A stretch of 64,000 bases of DNA, from IMG/VR virus record IMGVR_UViG_2882828558_000007, positions 12,097-76,096 of that record. The stretch is one strand, 5' to 3'. A program made the position numbers and the translations under genes. The notes below the pieces were generated by a model. That model was not told where the DNA came from and did no database searches. It saw only the letters and a list, made by a program, of their open reading frames with translations. Source of the stretch: a virus. Taxonomy: Duplodnaviria; Caudoviricetes. Shown one piece after another: positions 1 to 8,172 of the stretch (position 1 is the first letter of the stretch; each line of letters opens with the position of its first letter).

Positions 1-186
1 CGGCCGTTTGATGAGAAGCGATGCGTCAGCCATAACCGGCGTCGTGGGAGCGGCGCGCTCGACCATGACCGTTGTTGGTGCCGGGATCTTCGGGAAGATG
101 TAGGCAGCGGCGCTCGGTGCGAATACGACCGCAACGACTATGAACGCCCCCAAGGCGATTAACGCCATGCGTCTAAGCAGGGTCAT
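1..186 (-). CDS. Partial gene (runs off the window), N-terminal signal/TM segment, probably an exported protein
   Basis: Read manually: MTLLRRMALIALGAFIVVAVVFAPSAAAYIFP...; GAGGAG RBS upstream; preceded by promoter at 258-286. Confidence 0.6.
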   Translation of the reverse strand, partial: MTLLRRMALIALGAFIVVAVVFAPSAAAYIFPKIPAPTTVMVERAAPTTPVMADASLLIKRP

Positions 187-257
187 GTATGCCTCCTCTG
201 TTGGTGGTAGGAACCGCTTGGTTGGCGGCGCATGGCGTTGGTAGCGCCAATTTGTTC

Positions 258-286
258 ACCTTAGTTCTTTTTTACAAATTTGTCAA
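258..286 (-). promoter_or_regulatory. Sigma70-type promoter overlapping a 16-bp operator-like dyad
   Basis: TTGACA-17-TAAGGT on minus strand; TTTACAAATTTGTCAA at 271-286. Confidence 0.7.
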
Positions 287-295
287 GACCAGAAA

Positions 296-332
296 CAAAA
301 ACAGCCCCCTCCACCGTGAGGCAGAGGGGGCT
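296..332 (-). terminator. Rho-independent terminator
   Basis: AGCCCCCTC/GAGGGGGCT stem with T-run on minus strand. Confidence 0.6.
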
Positions 333-342
333 TGATCGATAA

Positions 343-357
343 GAACAAAATAAGTAC
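343..357 (+). promoter_or_regulatory. Alphaproteobacterial LexA (SOS) box
   Basis: GAAC-N7-GTAC ending 8 nt upstream of the ATG at 366. Confidence 0.65.
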
Positions 358-365
358 AAAGCCGT

Positions 366-626
366 ATGACCAACAGGAAGCTTGCCCCGCTCGACTTTGA
401 GTCGCTGTTCAATGCGCAAAAGCCGACGTTCGAGAGCCTGCCGCAATGGTACGAACTTGGTGGCCATTGCTCACAGTGCGAGCGCGAAGGCTGGGTAGAT
501 CGTTGGCAGTTGGCGCGTGAACACGGGGAAACCTCCAGGATCGCAGACCTGCGGCCCGCCCTGCGGTGTCGCAAGTGCGGCAACAAGGGCAGCAACACAT
601 GGATTGTTGCCCAGGCTCCCCGCTGA
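366..626 (+). CDS. Small Zn-ribbon (CxxC...CxxC) hypothetical protein
   Basis: CSQC and CRKC motifs; first gene after LexA box. Confidence 0.7.
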   Translation: MTNRKLAPLDFESLFNAQKPTFESLPQWYELGGHCSQCEREGWVDRWQLAREHGETSRIADLRPALRCRKCGNKGSNTWIVAQAPR

Positions 627-853
627 TGAACAACAGCACCTGGGGCGGGATGGTGGCAATGAACCTGCGATATCACGTGCATTGCGAGCGATGCGACAGG
701 TTCGTCGAGCTGGACATGACGAAGCTTCCGCCCGACGGTCCTGCGCTTAACCGAACGTTCCGGTGCGCTACTTGTGGCGAGCGCGGGCGAAGCATCGTCA
801 GTGCTCGCAGCGCGGACAGGACCGTGCCGGTCGCGCGACCCTTGCCTAGATAG
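626..853 (+). CDS. Small Zn-ribbon hypothetical protein
   Basis: TGATG coupling to previous gene; CERC and CATC motifs. Confidence 0.7.
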   Translation: MNNSTWGGMVAMNLRYHVHCERCDRFVELDMTKLPPDGPALNRTFRCATCGERGRSIVSARSADRTVPVARPLPR

Positions 854-877
854 CCGCCAGCCCTATTCTCCTTCGAA

Positions 878-1102
878 GTGGAGGTGCGCATGGCTACGAT
901 TACAGGACCCAGACAGGGCGTGGACCCTGACGACGCGCAGATGGACTGCGAACAGGCGCTCGACGACCACGTTCGCGACCTGATCGACGAAGCGATAACG
1001 GCAGGATGGCCACCGCACGTTGTCTTCGCCGCACTAAAAAGCGTCGTCGACAACAGGGAACTGGCCTACGCCGAAGACCCGGACCCGGCGCCTGACCCAT
1101 GA
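878..1102 (+). CDS. Small acidic hypothetical protein
   Basis: GGAGG RBS before ATG at 890; coupled to next gene. Confidence 0.6.
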   Translation: MEVRMATITGPRQGVDPDDAQMDCEQALDDHVRDLIDEAITAGWPPHVVFAALKSVVDNRELAYAEDPDPAPDP

Positions 1103-1347
1103 GAGCCGGCCTCTGGGCAGAACCCGTCACGTTCGAGACGCTGACGCTCGGTGTCTATCGCACCATCAGCAGCGCGAGCGAGGCGGCTGGCATCCTGCTT
1201 TACCACTGGCCGACGGACGAAGGTCCGGCCTTCAAAGCGGCGCAGGAAATATGCCTGGCCGCCTTGGAGGGCAAGGTCGACCCGGAAGAGTCGCGTCACG
1301 CGTTCCTACTGGCTGCCGACGAGGCCGGTGTCTTCATACGGGATTAG
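1099..1347 (+). CDS. DUF982-family protein
   Basis: W..PV...; EAA..LL..WP; A...C..AL.G; AF..AA.EAG pattern typical of rhizobial DUF982. Confidence 0.75.
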   Translation: MRAGLWAEPVTFETLTLGVYRTISSASEAAGILLYHWPTDEGPAFKAAQEICLAALEGKVDPEESRHAFLLAADEAGVFIRD

Positions 1348-1682
1348 GACGACCGCCTTGTCCCCGGCCTCGCTTCATAGAGGCGATCTAGTCGCTCACC
1401 AAGGCCATCAATCCGATTGCCGACGCCCTCGATGGCGCGCATGATCTGCGCTGTCTGCTCCTGCATGCCGGCCTTGGTCACGTATGTCTCGGCCGTATGG
1501 AGTTTGTGGTCGGCCAGTTCCTGGCGCGTAAGAAGGGCGAGCGCGTTGGCTGAGGCTGCAACACCGGCCGCCTCTGTCTTGGCCTTCTCCACCTTCCCCT
1601 CGATCCGCCACCAGATGCCCCAGAGCGTGCCAGAGAGCATGACGAAGAAGCCGACGACGGCCATGATTTCAGAGCCGGTCAT
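1344..1682 (-). CDS. Lysis-cassette membrane protein (1 TM plus coiled coil)
   Basis: MTGSEIMAVVGFFVMLSGTLWGIWW; ATGA overlap with upstream gene. Confidence 0.65.
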   Translation of the reverse strand: MTGSEIMAVVGFFVMLSGTLWGIWWRIEGKVEKAKTEAAGVAASANALALLTRQELADHKLHTAETYVTKAGMQEQTAQIMRAIEGVGNRIDGLGERLDRLYEARPGTRRSS

Positions 1683-2089
1683 TTCTTGCCTCCAATCGCC
1701 TTTGCGATCAACTGGGCACCGGCAACGCCACCGCCCACATAGAAGATGTTCGCGAACACGATGTCCGCATATTCCTTGAGCTGCGGCGGCAGCGCCGCAA
1801 CGTCCGGAAGCGTACCGTCGAACAGCGAGTCCGTCATGCCCCAGCCGAACCACGCCGCAGTCGGAACGGCGGCAATGAGCCAAGGAATCCAGAAGGCCTT
1901 GTGCTGCATGCCCTCGCGCACGACGGCCGCGTTGTTCGCCTGTGCCGCCATCTGCGCCTCGAGCGCCTTGATGGACACGTCAGCCTTGATGCGCTCGGAG
2001 TCGTTCGAGGCGTTCAGCTTGAGCTCGTAGGCGCGCGTCAGGGCGGTGGCGAGATCGCCACCAAGCCATTTCAGGATAAGCTGGATCAC
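1679..2089 (-). CDS. Holin-like or lysis accessory membrane protein
   Basis: GTG start coupled to previous stop; two C-terminal TM segments; downstream of endolysin. Confidence 0.6.
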   Translation of the reverse strand: MIQLILKWLGGDLATALTRAYELKLNASNDSERIKADVSIKALEAQMAAQANNAAVVREGMQHKAFWIPWLIAAVPTAAWFGWGMTDSLFDGTLPDVAALPPQLKEYADIVFANIFYVGGGVAGAQLIAKAIGGKK

Positions 2090-2286
2090 GTTGCCCAGCC
2101 CTTGCGCTTGGCCCACTGCCACCAGGCAATCGGGACGGAGGCGATCGCGGCGCTGATGCCGGCTTCAATGGAGGCGGCAACGGCGGGGTCGGTGGTGAGG
2201 AGTTCCTTAACCTCGTCGCCGATGTAGCCCGAACCGTACAGCCAGCCGGCGATGACATAGAGAAGAATGCGAAGCCATACGGTCAT
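2086..2286 (-). CDS. Small holin-like membrane protein
   Basis: MTVWLRILLYVIAGWLYG..., 2 TM, basic C-terminus; coupled to endolysin stop. Confidence 0.65.
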   Translation of the reverse strand: MTVWLRILLYVIAGWLYGSGYIGDEVKELLTTDPAVAASIEAGISAAIASVPIAWWQWAKRKGWAT

Positions 2287-3071
2287 TTCGAGCGTCCCGG
2301 AAAGAGTGCGATGATGAAGGCCGTAAGCACCTCCAGCCAGCCAGCCTTCTTCGTCGGCGTGGCGCTGGGCGGCATTTCCGGCTTGGGCGCGGGGATGGGC
2401 GTGGTGGTGGCAGTGGAGGCCGGCACGGAAAGCTTGAGCTTCATTGCCCTGCCGCGCGCGTCCTTGACTTCCGTCAGACCGAGGCTGCCGCCGTTCCACC
2501 GCTTGCGGATCGCCGTCGTCTGGCCATTGTCGGCCATCTCGTTCAGGCCCCACTTCTGCCAGAGGATGAGCGCCGCCTTCATTCCTGCGTCAGCCTGCCG
2601 AAGCAGGTCAGGGTTTGCCACGACGGGAATGCCGCTTTCCTTTTCGACCTTGGCGAAGTTGGCGCGGCCAGTGACCTGGCCCGGCCCGGAGCCGCGATAG
2701 TCCCAGCCATCGTTCGGCTGAGTGTTGCCAAGGTTGGTACGGCCCCATTCGCCGCCATAGATCTTGTTTGCGATTGCCTTTTGATCGGCCGCCCGCTTCC
2801 CGGATCGCCCGAGCCTGTTCACGTCGGCCGCACTGATTCGATGGCGACCGAAGGTCTTCATGAGCCCTTCGACGGAATAGTTCAGGTTTTCCGACAGGCG
2901 AGTGAAGCCGCCCGTCTCATGGCAAACGTTCGCCAGGAACTCGGAAATGCGCTTCTGGTTGTTCACGCCATAGGCAGCAGCATATTTGTTGAACGCCGCC
3001 GCAAGGTCGTCGTGCATCTGCACGCGCTTCGTCGTTCCCGCGATCGCTCGCAGGTCGTTTGCAGTTACCAT
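2283..3071 (-). CDS. Endolysin, glycoside hydrolase family 19 (chitinase-like)
   Basis: FLANVCHETGGF..L.ENLNYS, YRGSGPGQVTGRANF motifs. Confidence 0.9.
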   Translation of the reverse strand: MVTANDLRAIAGTTKRVQMHDDLAAAFNKYAAAYGVNNQKRISEFLANVCHETGGFTRLSENLNYSVEGLMKTFGRHRISAADVNRLGRSGKRAADQKAIANKIYGGEWGRTNLGNTQPNDGWDYRGSGPGQVTGRANFAKVEKESGIPVVANPDLLRQADAGMKAALILWQKWGLNEMADNGQTTAIRKRWNGGSLGLTEVKDARGRAMKLKLSVPASTATTTPIPAPKPEMPPSATPTKKAGWLEVLTAFIIALFPGRSK

Positions 3072-3097
3072 TTCGATTTCCTTTGAATAGTGCCGAC

Positions 3098-4255
3098 TTA
3101 GTTGGCGTCGGTCAGCCCGTTGCGCTGATACTGTGACCAGCCGTCTGGCGTCGCAGGCGTGCCGGCGGGGGAGTCCTTCGCGACGGTGCCCGTTTCGCCG
3201 ACGGTCTTGCCGCCGCCGCTTGTCGCGCCGTCTTTTGCGGGAGCCTTGCCGCCCTTGCCGGACTTGCCGTCGTAGAGCTTGGCGCTGATCGCGGTCGTGT
3301 AGCCGCCAGACTTGTCGTACTTGTGGGTGGCGGTATCGATGACGTAGGGCACGCCGTCTAGGCCGGGGCGGATTCCGCTGAACAGCAACGCCGAGCCCGC
3401 GGTGATGGCCGTGTCGCCGATCACGGTGACGCTGGCAGAGCCCTCAAAACGCTTTCTGTCGTTGGCTTTTGCCTGCGCAGCCTTGTCGGCCTCCGCCAGG
3501 CTGGAGAATGGTTCGGTTATCCGGTAGACGCTGTCGCCGTCAGCATCGGCGTCCACTGCGACTTCGACGCGCTCCGCTTTATCCTTGTCCTGATAATACG
3601 CGACAACCTTGCTGTACTTTGTCTCGTCGTTCGATTCGAAAGAGCCGGAGCCCTGAACCACCATGTCAGGCGTGACGATTACCGTACCAGCAAAGGTGCC
3701 GCTTGCGGACAGGCCGGAGCCTCGTTTGGAGAAAACGAGCTTCCCCCCCTTCACTGCGAACAATGCATTGTGACGATCGGCAAGGCGCTGGAGCATCTGG
3801 ACATTGGATTCGTCTTGCTGCCCGAACCACTCATACTCGAAATCGCCAATATCCGAGTCAACAGAGGCGGAAAGACCGCTCTCCGTCGCCACCTCGGACA
3901 CGATGTCCTTGAGCTTCTTCTTGTCCCAGTGCCGCTCCTGCTTTTCCTTCAACTTGCCGCTTCGCAGGTCAGCAGATTTGCCGCCGATCGACATGGAATA
4001 CGGTAGAAACTTAGGTGTCACTTTGTCGGCAGTGAACCGCCCTAAAGACCGGGTCGTGCCGTACCCCATTCTGATATCTACGACCGCCCCTTTGCGCGGG
4101 ATGGCGAGGAATTGCGGCGGTCCGTCGTTCAACTCCATATCGAACGTGTCTGCGCCACCCTCCTCCTTGTCCGTCACCGTGACGGATATCAGGCGCTCGT
4201 AGAACGCGCCGGCAACAGGCTGGCCGTCGATCGTGATTTCAATTCTGGGCTTCAT
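3098..4255 (-). CDS. Phage late control protein D (P2 gpD-like baseplate hub)
   Basis: RLISVTVTDKEEGGAD, QQDESN...L.RLA motifs; gene order gpU-gpX-gpD. Confidence 0.85.
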   Translation of the reverse strand: MKPRIEITIDGQPVAGAFYERLISVTVTDKEEGGADTFDMELNDGPPQFLAIPRKGAVVDIRMGYGTTRSLGRFTADKVTPKFLPYSMSIGGKSADLRSGKLKEKQERHWDKKKLKDIVSEVATESGLSASVDSDIGDFEYEWFGQQDESNVQMLQRLADRHNALFAVKGGKLVFSKRGSGLSASGTFAGTVIVTPDMVVQGSGSFESNDETKYSKVVAYYQDKDKAERVEVAVDADADGDSVYRITEPFSSLAEADKAAQAKANDRKRFEGSASVTVIGDTAITAGSALLFSGIRPGLDGVPYVIDTATHKYDKSGGYTTAISAKLYDGKSGKGGKAPAKDGATSGGGKTVGETGTVAKDSPAGTPATPDGWSQYQRNGLTDAN

Positions 4256-4258
4256 TGA

Positions 4259-4471
4259 TTACTCCCAGATCTTCACCAGTTCGCGCGCCGCCGGCCGCGT
4301 GTCGATGTCGGGCAAGACGAGCGCGGTCCCGATCGGCAGAACCGGCCCGAGCGCCCCTATGCCAGGATTGGCGTCGAGGACGATTTCAGTGGTCGAGCGC
4401 GTGCGGCCGTAGAAGTCCCGGCAGACGAGGTCGACGGTCTGTCCGGCTTTCGTGATGTATGTGGATGGCAT
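4259..4471 (-). CDS. Tail protein X (P2 gpX, LysM-like)
   Basis: YITKAGQTVDLVC..FYG...VLDANPG..LP.G. Confidence 0.9.
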   Translation of the reverse strand: MPSTYITKAGQTVDLVCRDFYGRTRSTTEIVLDANPGIGALGPVLPIGTALVLPDIDTRPAARELVKIWE

Positions 4472-4475
4472 CGGA

Positions 4476-4919
4476 TCACCCGAACAGATTGAGGATCGGT
4501 GCAAACAGGCCGCCACCGGCAACTGACTGGCCGTAGCGCCTCAGTGTGATCGAGTAGCTGTTCTTCCGCGCCGCGCCAGCAGCGTTGTGGTAGCTGCGAT
4601 CCTCGTCGATGCCGTGCACCGTGAACATGCCATGGATCACGCCTTCGTAGTCATCGCCGGAGACAAGCATCATGGGCGTTCCGGCCTGCGCTGAGGCAAT
4701 GATACCATCGAGCGACGCCTGGCCGCCGTACTCTTGCGGGAACAGCACACCGCGGATCGTCACCTCTTCAGAGGTCGGGCCGGTCCATTGCTGCTGATCC
4801 ATGGTCTGCGCGACCTTGATCTCGGCCCACGGCGTCTGCACCTTGCGCTGCACGCCTTCATAGCCAAGCCTGTCGCGCGCTTCGAAGGCGAAGCCTCCGA
4901 GCATCATTGAAACGGTCAT
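4476..4919 (-). CDS. Tail protein U (P2 gpU-like)
   Basis: MMLGGFAF, Q..GP..E.VTI.GVLFP motifs. Confidence 0.85.
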   Translation of the reverse strand: MTVSMMLGGFAFEARDRLGYEGVQRKVQTPWAEIKVAQTMDQQQWTGPTSEEVTIRGVLFPQEYGGQASLDGIIASAQAGTPMMLVSGDDYEGVIHGMFTVHGIDEDRSYHNAAGAARKNSYSITLRRYGQSVAGGGLFAPILNLFG

Positions 4920-4963
4920 GGGGGCTCCTTGCGTGACGGCTGGTAACGCGGTAAGATTGCCAG

Positions 4964-5065
4964 ATGGAAAACACAAACAAGCGATACGTGCGAGTAGCGT
5001 TGTTCTTGTTCACGTTGTGGCTATGGTTTTACCTAGCCACCGAGATGGCTAGGTTTGTGTCGTGA
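4964..5065 (+). CDS. Possible 33-aa single-TM peptide antisense to the tail operon
   Basis: Read manually: MENTNKRYVRVALFLFTLWLWFYLATEMARFVS; no clear RBS. Confidence 0.35.
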   Translation: MENTNKRYVRVALFLFTLWLWFYLATEMARFVS

Positions 5066-5071
5066 GATCCC

Positions 5072-7180
5072 TTACCTAGGCCCACCCCAGCTTGCGCCTA
5101 CGGTCGACTTTACGGCCTGTCCAAGGCGGGACGCGGCCGCGTCAGCTGCTGCCTCCGGAGATGACACGCCACTTATGGTGATCGGTGCGTTTACCGTGAT
5201 CTCAATCGGCTGCGGGTTCGTCACCGCCACCTGCTGAACGCCTGACGGCTGGTTCATTGCCGCGATGCTGCTCGAGTCGATGATGACGGGCGTGTTGCTG
5301 GCGGCTTTCGTTTCGACACCAAAGTGCTGGCGAGAGTCGAAGCCGGGGTCTGCTGCGGCTCCGAACATGAACCTGCTCAGCCCTGAGACCCCGGCCTCGT
5401 CCTTCTTCAAGCCAAGCATGCGCTCAAGAAAATCCTTGAACTTGGCCTGATTCTGTACCTGCTTTTCGAAAGTGTCGCCGGGCGTCTCGGAAAGCAGCTG
5501 CGGCGTCGAACCGATGACCGCTCCAGCACCAAGCCCCTTCAGGTACTTCCACGCAGACCCCAGCGTCGCCGCTATGCCGCCGCCTGCCGCGGCTCCACCG
5601 GCCGCAGCACTGCCGGCGCCAGCGGCGCCCGCTGCTCCACCACCAATGATGCCGCCAATCTTGCCTAGCGTCTTCAGAATTCCGACGGCCGTCGTGATGC
5701 CAGTAAGGAACGCGATCGCCCGCGCCAGCTTCATGATCGAGCTCGCGACAAGGCCAATCCCCACGGCGGCAAGCATGAGCTTGAAACCGTCCGCGCCCAG
5801 CTCTCCAAGGAACTGCGCGATCGGATTGTTGCGGATCGCGTCAGACAGTTCGCGGACGGATGCGCCGTATTCCTTGAACTTTGCGAAGATCCTGCCCAGC
5901 TGGTCGGCCGAAGCAGAGCCATCCGCCTTGCCGAACAGCAAGTCACCCAGGTCGTTAATTGTTTCGCGAATGCCGCTGTCGACGCCGAAGCCCTGCAGGA
6001 AGGCCTGCATCGCCGTGCCCATCTTGTCGAAGATGGTGGCGCGCTCGCCCATCGTATCCAGGATGTCACCGACGCCGAGCGCCGCTTCCTTGATGCCGGG
6101 CAGCATGTCGTCGCCCATGCTGCGGAAGAAGTCGGCGAACTTGTTTTTAAGGATTTGCAGCACGTTTCCGACCGTGCTGGCGCGGATCGTGTACTCCTTG
6201 AAGGCGCTGCCCGCGTAGTTCGCCTCATCGCCCACGAGGCCAAGCTGGCGCCGCAACTCCGTGGCATTGTTGATCACGGGCATCAGGGCGCGCGCTTCGT
6301 CGCCGAACAGCGCCGAGGCGATCGATATCCGCTCCCACTCCGGCAGCGTCTGGATGCGGTCGATGACGTCCAGCGTCGTCTTCAGCGCGTTCTTCTGCAT
6401 CGACTTGGCGGTCTTCACCGCATCGAGCCCCAGACGCTTGAAAGCTGTGTTGTGCGTCTTGGTGGCGCGCGTACCGATCGTGAGAGCGCGGCCCATGTTC
6501 CGGAACGAAGTCGCTGCGACTTCCGCCTCACCACCAGACGAGATCATGGCGCCACCGAACGCCAGGGTTTCCTGCGCCGAGAAGCCGAACATCTCGCCGG
6601 TTGCGGCGACGCGCTTCGTGTATTCCAGCAGCCGCGGCGCATTGGCCGCCGTATTGTTCGACAGGTGATTGAGGCTGTCGGCGAACAGCCCGACCTCGTT
6701 CACGCCGAGATTAAGCTGGTTCTTGATCTCCGCGAGCGCCTGCCCTGTCTCGGCGACCGGAACGTCCCATGCCGTCGACACCTTGGCGACCATCTCGCTG
6801 AATTTGGTGATCTCCGCCAGCGGGATGTTCGACTGGCCGGCCGCCGCGTAAATCTGGGCGATTCCGCTGGCCGCTATCGGCAGTTCCTTCGACATGGCGA
6901 TGATCGAGCGGCGAACGTTCGCCATCTGCTCGTCGTTCGCGTCCAGCACCTTGCGGACGTCGGCGAATGCAGACTCAAATTCCAGCGCCGCACCGACGGT
7001 TCCGCCAATACCCTGCGTGACGCCCACATAGGCGCCACCGAAGGCGGCGAGCCGACCAGCCATGCCAAGGAAGGAAGCGTGCCCGCGCTGTAGACTACCG
7101 AGCGCGCTGTTGATGCCCTTCGCCCTGCCCGACACATTGTCGATGAGCGAGAGTATCAGGCTTGATTTCAAGACGGCCAT
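5072..7180 (-). CDS. Tail tape measure protein (TP901-type core)
   Basis: FESAFADVRKV, NHLSNNTAA, FRNM..AL, LFGDEA motifs; follows tail chaperone. Confidence 0.9.
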   Translation of the reverse strand: MAVLKSSLILSLIDNVSGRAKGINSALGSLQRGHASFLGMAGRLAAFGGAYVGVTQGIGGTVGAALEFESAFADVRKVLDANDEQMANVRRSIIAMSKELPIAASGIAQIYAAAGQSNIPLAEITKFSEMVAKVSTAWDVPVAETGQALAEIKNQLNLGVNEVGLFADSLNHLSNNTAANAPRLLEYTKRVAATGEMFGFSAQETLAFGGAMISSGGEAEVAATSFRNMGRALTIGTRATKTHNTAFKRLGLDAVKTAKSMQKNALKTTLDVIDRIQTLPEWERISIASALFGDEARALMPVINNATELRRQLGLVGDEANYAGSAFKEYTIRASTVGNVLQILKNKFADFFRSMGDDMLPGIKEAALGVGDILDTMGERATIFDKMGTAMQAFLQGFGVDSGIRETINDLGDLLFGKADGSASADQLGRIFAKFKEYGASVRELSDAIRNNPIAQFLGELGADGFKLMLAAVGIGLVASSIMKLARAIAFLTGITTAVGILKTLGKIGGIIGGGAAGAAGAGSAAAGGAAAGGGIAATLGSAWKYLKGLGAGAVIGSTPQLLSETPGDTFEKQVQNQAKFKDFLERMLGLKKDEAGVSGLSRFMFGAAADPGFDSRQHFGVETKAASNTPVIIDSSSIAAMNQPSGVQQVAVTNPQPIEITVNAPITISGVSSPEAAADAAASRLGQAVKSTVGASWGGPR

Positions 7181-7192
7181 GCTGCCCTCGCG

Positions 7193-7354
7193 CTACATGC
7201 CGCCGCCGAACAGGCGACGGACTTCCATTGCTTTTTCGAAGTAGGCCATGGCCTTACTGGGCGGCCACTTTTCGAGCCGGTCTACGTCCTGCTTGAGCTC
7301 GCGAGCGATGACGCTCACAATCAGGCGCCAGTCGTGACCGGCGGCTCCTCCCCC
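7193..7354 (-). CDS. Tail assembly chaperone extension gpE' (-1 frameshift product)
   Basis: The -1 frame after GGGGGAG (7348-7354) reads GGAAGHDWRLIVSVIARELKQDVDRLEKW...GGGM. Confidence 0.65.
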   Translation of the reverse strand, partial: GGGAAGHDWRLIVSVIARELKQDVDRLEKWPPSKAMAYFEKAMEVRRLFGGGM

Positions 7355-7584
7355 AGGAGGTCTTTGGTTGCGGCCATGATGGCGTTCAGATCGCGAGACT
7401 TGACCTTGCGGAACGCTGGAAGCGGCACGTCTGCCATGGATGCCAGAACAGCGACGATCTTGGACATTTCGCCCTTCACGGCGTCGGCTAGCATCAGGTC
7501 GCCGACTTCGGCTTCGCGGAAGGTGAACTCGTCATAAATCTTGCCGTTGTGCTCAACGGGCTTGGAAAGCTTGACAGTCGTCAT
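7321..7584 (-). CDS. Tail assembly chaperone (P2 gpE / Mu gp41-like)
   Basis: TVKLSKPV..G..YDE.TFREA.VGD; position between tube and tape measure. Confidence 0.85.
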   Translation of the reverse strand: MTTVKLSKPVEHNGKIYDEFTFREAEVGDLMLADAVKGEMSKIVAVLASMADVPLPAFRKVKSRDLNAIMAATKDLLGEEPPVTTGA

Positions 7585-7606
7585 GCTGGTCTCCTCATCA
7601 GGAAAG

Positions 7607-7636
7607 AAAAAGCCCGCATTCGCGCGGGCTGAGTTT
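7607..7636 (-). terminator. Rho-independent terminator after tail tube gene
   Basis: AGCCCGC/GCGGGCT stem with T-run on minus strand. Confidence 0.6.
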
Positions 7637-7649
7637 GCGGCGTGGAATG

Positions 7650-8156
7650 CTAGAGAAGCAGCGAGTTCCGCATGCCGCTATGCTGGCTGATGCCCCCGAT
7701 CTTCACGTCGAAGTCATCCATTTCGATCAGCTCGTCACCGTCGACTTCCAGCTTGTAGTAGTTGACCGAGACCGAATAATCGTTCTCCGCCATGTCGCCC
7801 GGCTTCCAGTTGCCCGGATCGGCCTGCTTGAGAAAGCCGCGGATAGTCATGACCGCCGAATGCTCGACGCCGTCCTCATCCACCAGCGCGCCAGTGATGA
7901 GGAACAGGTTCTCCGTCCCGGCCTTGAGGCCGAACAGCTTGAGGATCTGCGGGTCGAGGCCGGGCATCTTGAAGCTGAATTCCAGCTTCTCGTAGCCCAT
8001 ATGGACCTCACGCGGCTTGATCATGCCGGCGTTGCGAAGCTCCTCGAGCTTCGCCTGCGGGACCGGGGGCGTGATGTCCCCGATCTGACCCAGCTTGGAG
8101 ACGCGGTCGGCCCACAGCATGCAGTTACGCAGGAGGTAACTTGGAAGATTGCTCAT
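7650..8156 (-). CDS. Contractile tail tube protein (P2 gpFII-like)
   Basis: G.I.DITPP, NAGM...V.MGYEKLE, YYKLEVDG..LIE.D. Confidence 0.9.
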   Translation of the reverse strand: MSNLPSYLLRNCMLWADRVSKLGQIGDITPPVPQAKLEELRNAGMIKPREVHMGYEKLEFSFKMPGLDPQILKLFGLKAGTENLFLITGALVDEDGVEHSAVMTIRGFLKQADPGNWKPGDMAENDYSVSVNYYKLEVDGDELIEMDDFDVKIGGISQHSGMRNSLLL

Positions 8157-8172
8157 CGTGTATTCCTTGTGA

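Noticed and set aside
254-267. GTTC-N6-GTTC as a second SOS box
   Set aside because: Spacing is 6, not 7; it overlaps a -10 element instead
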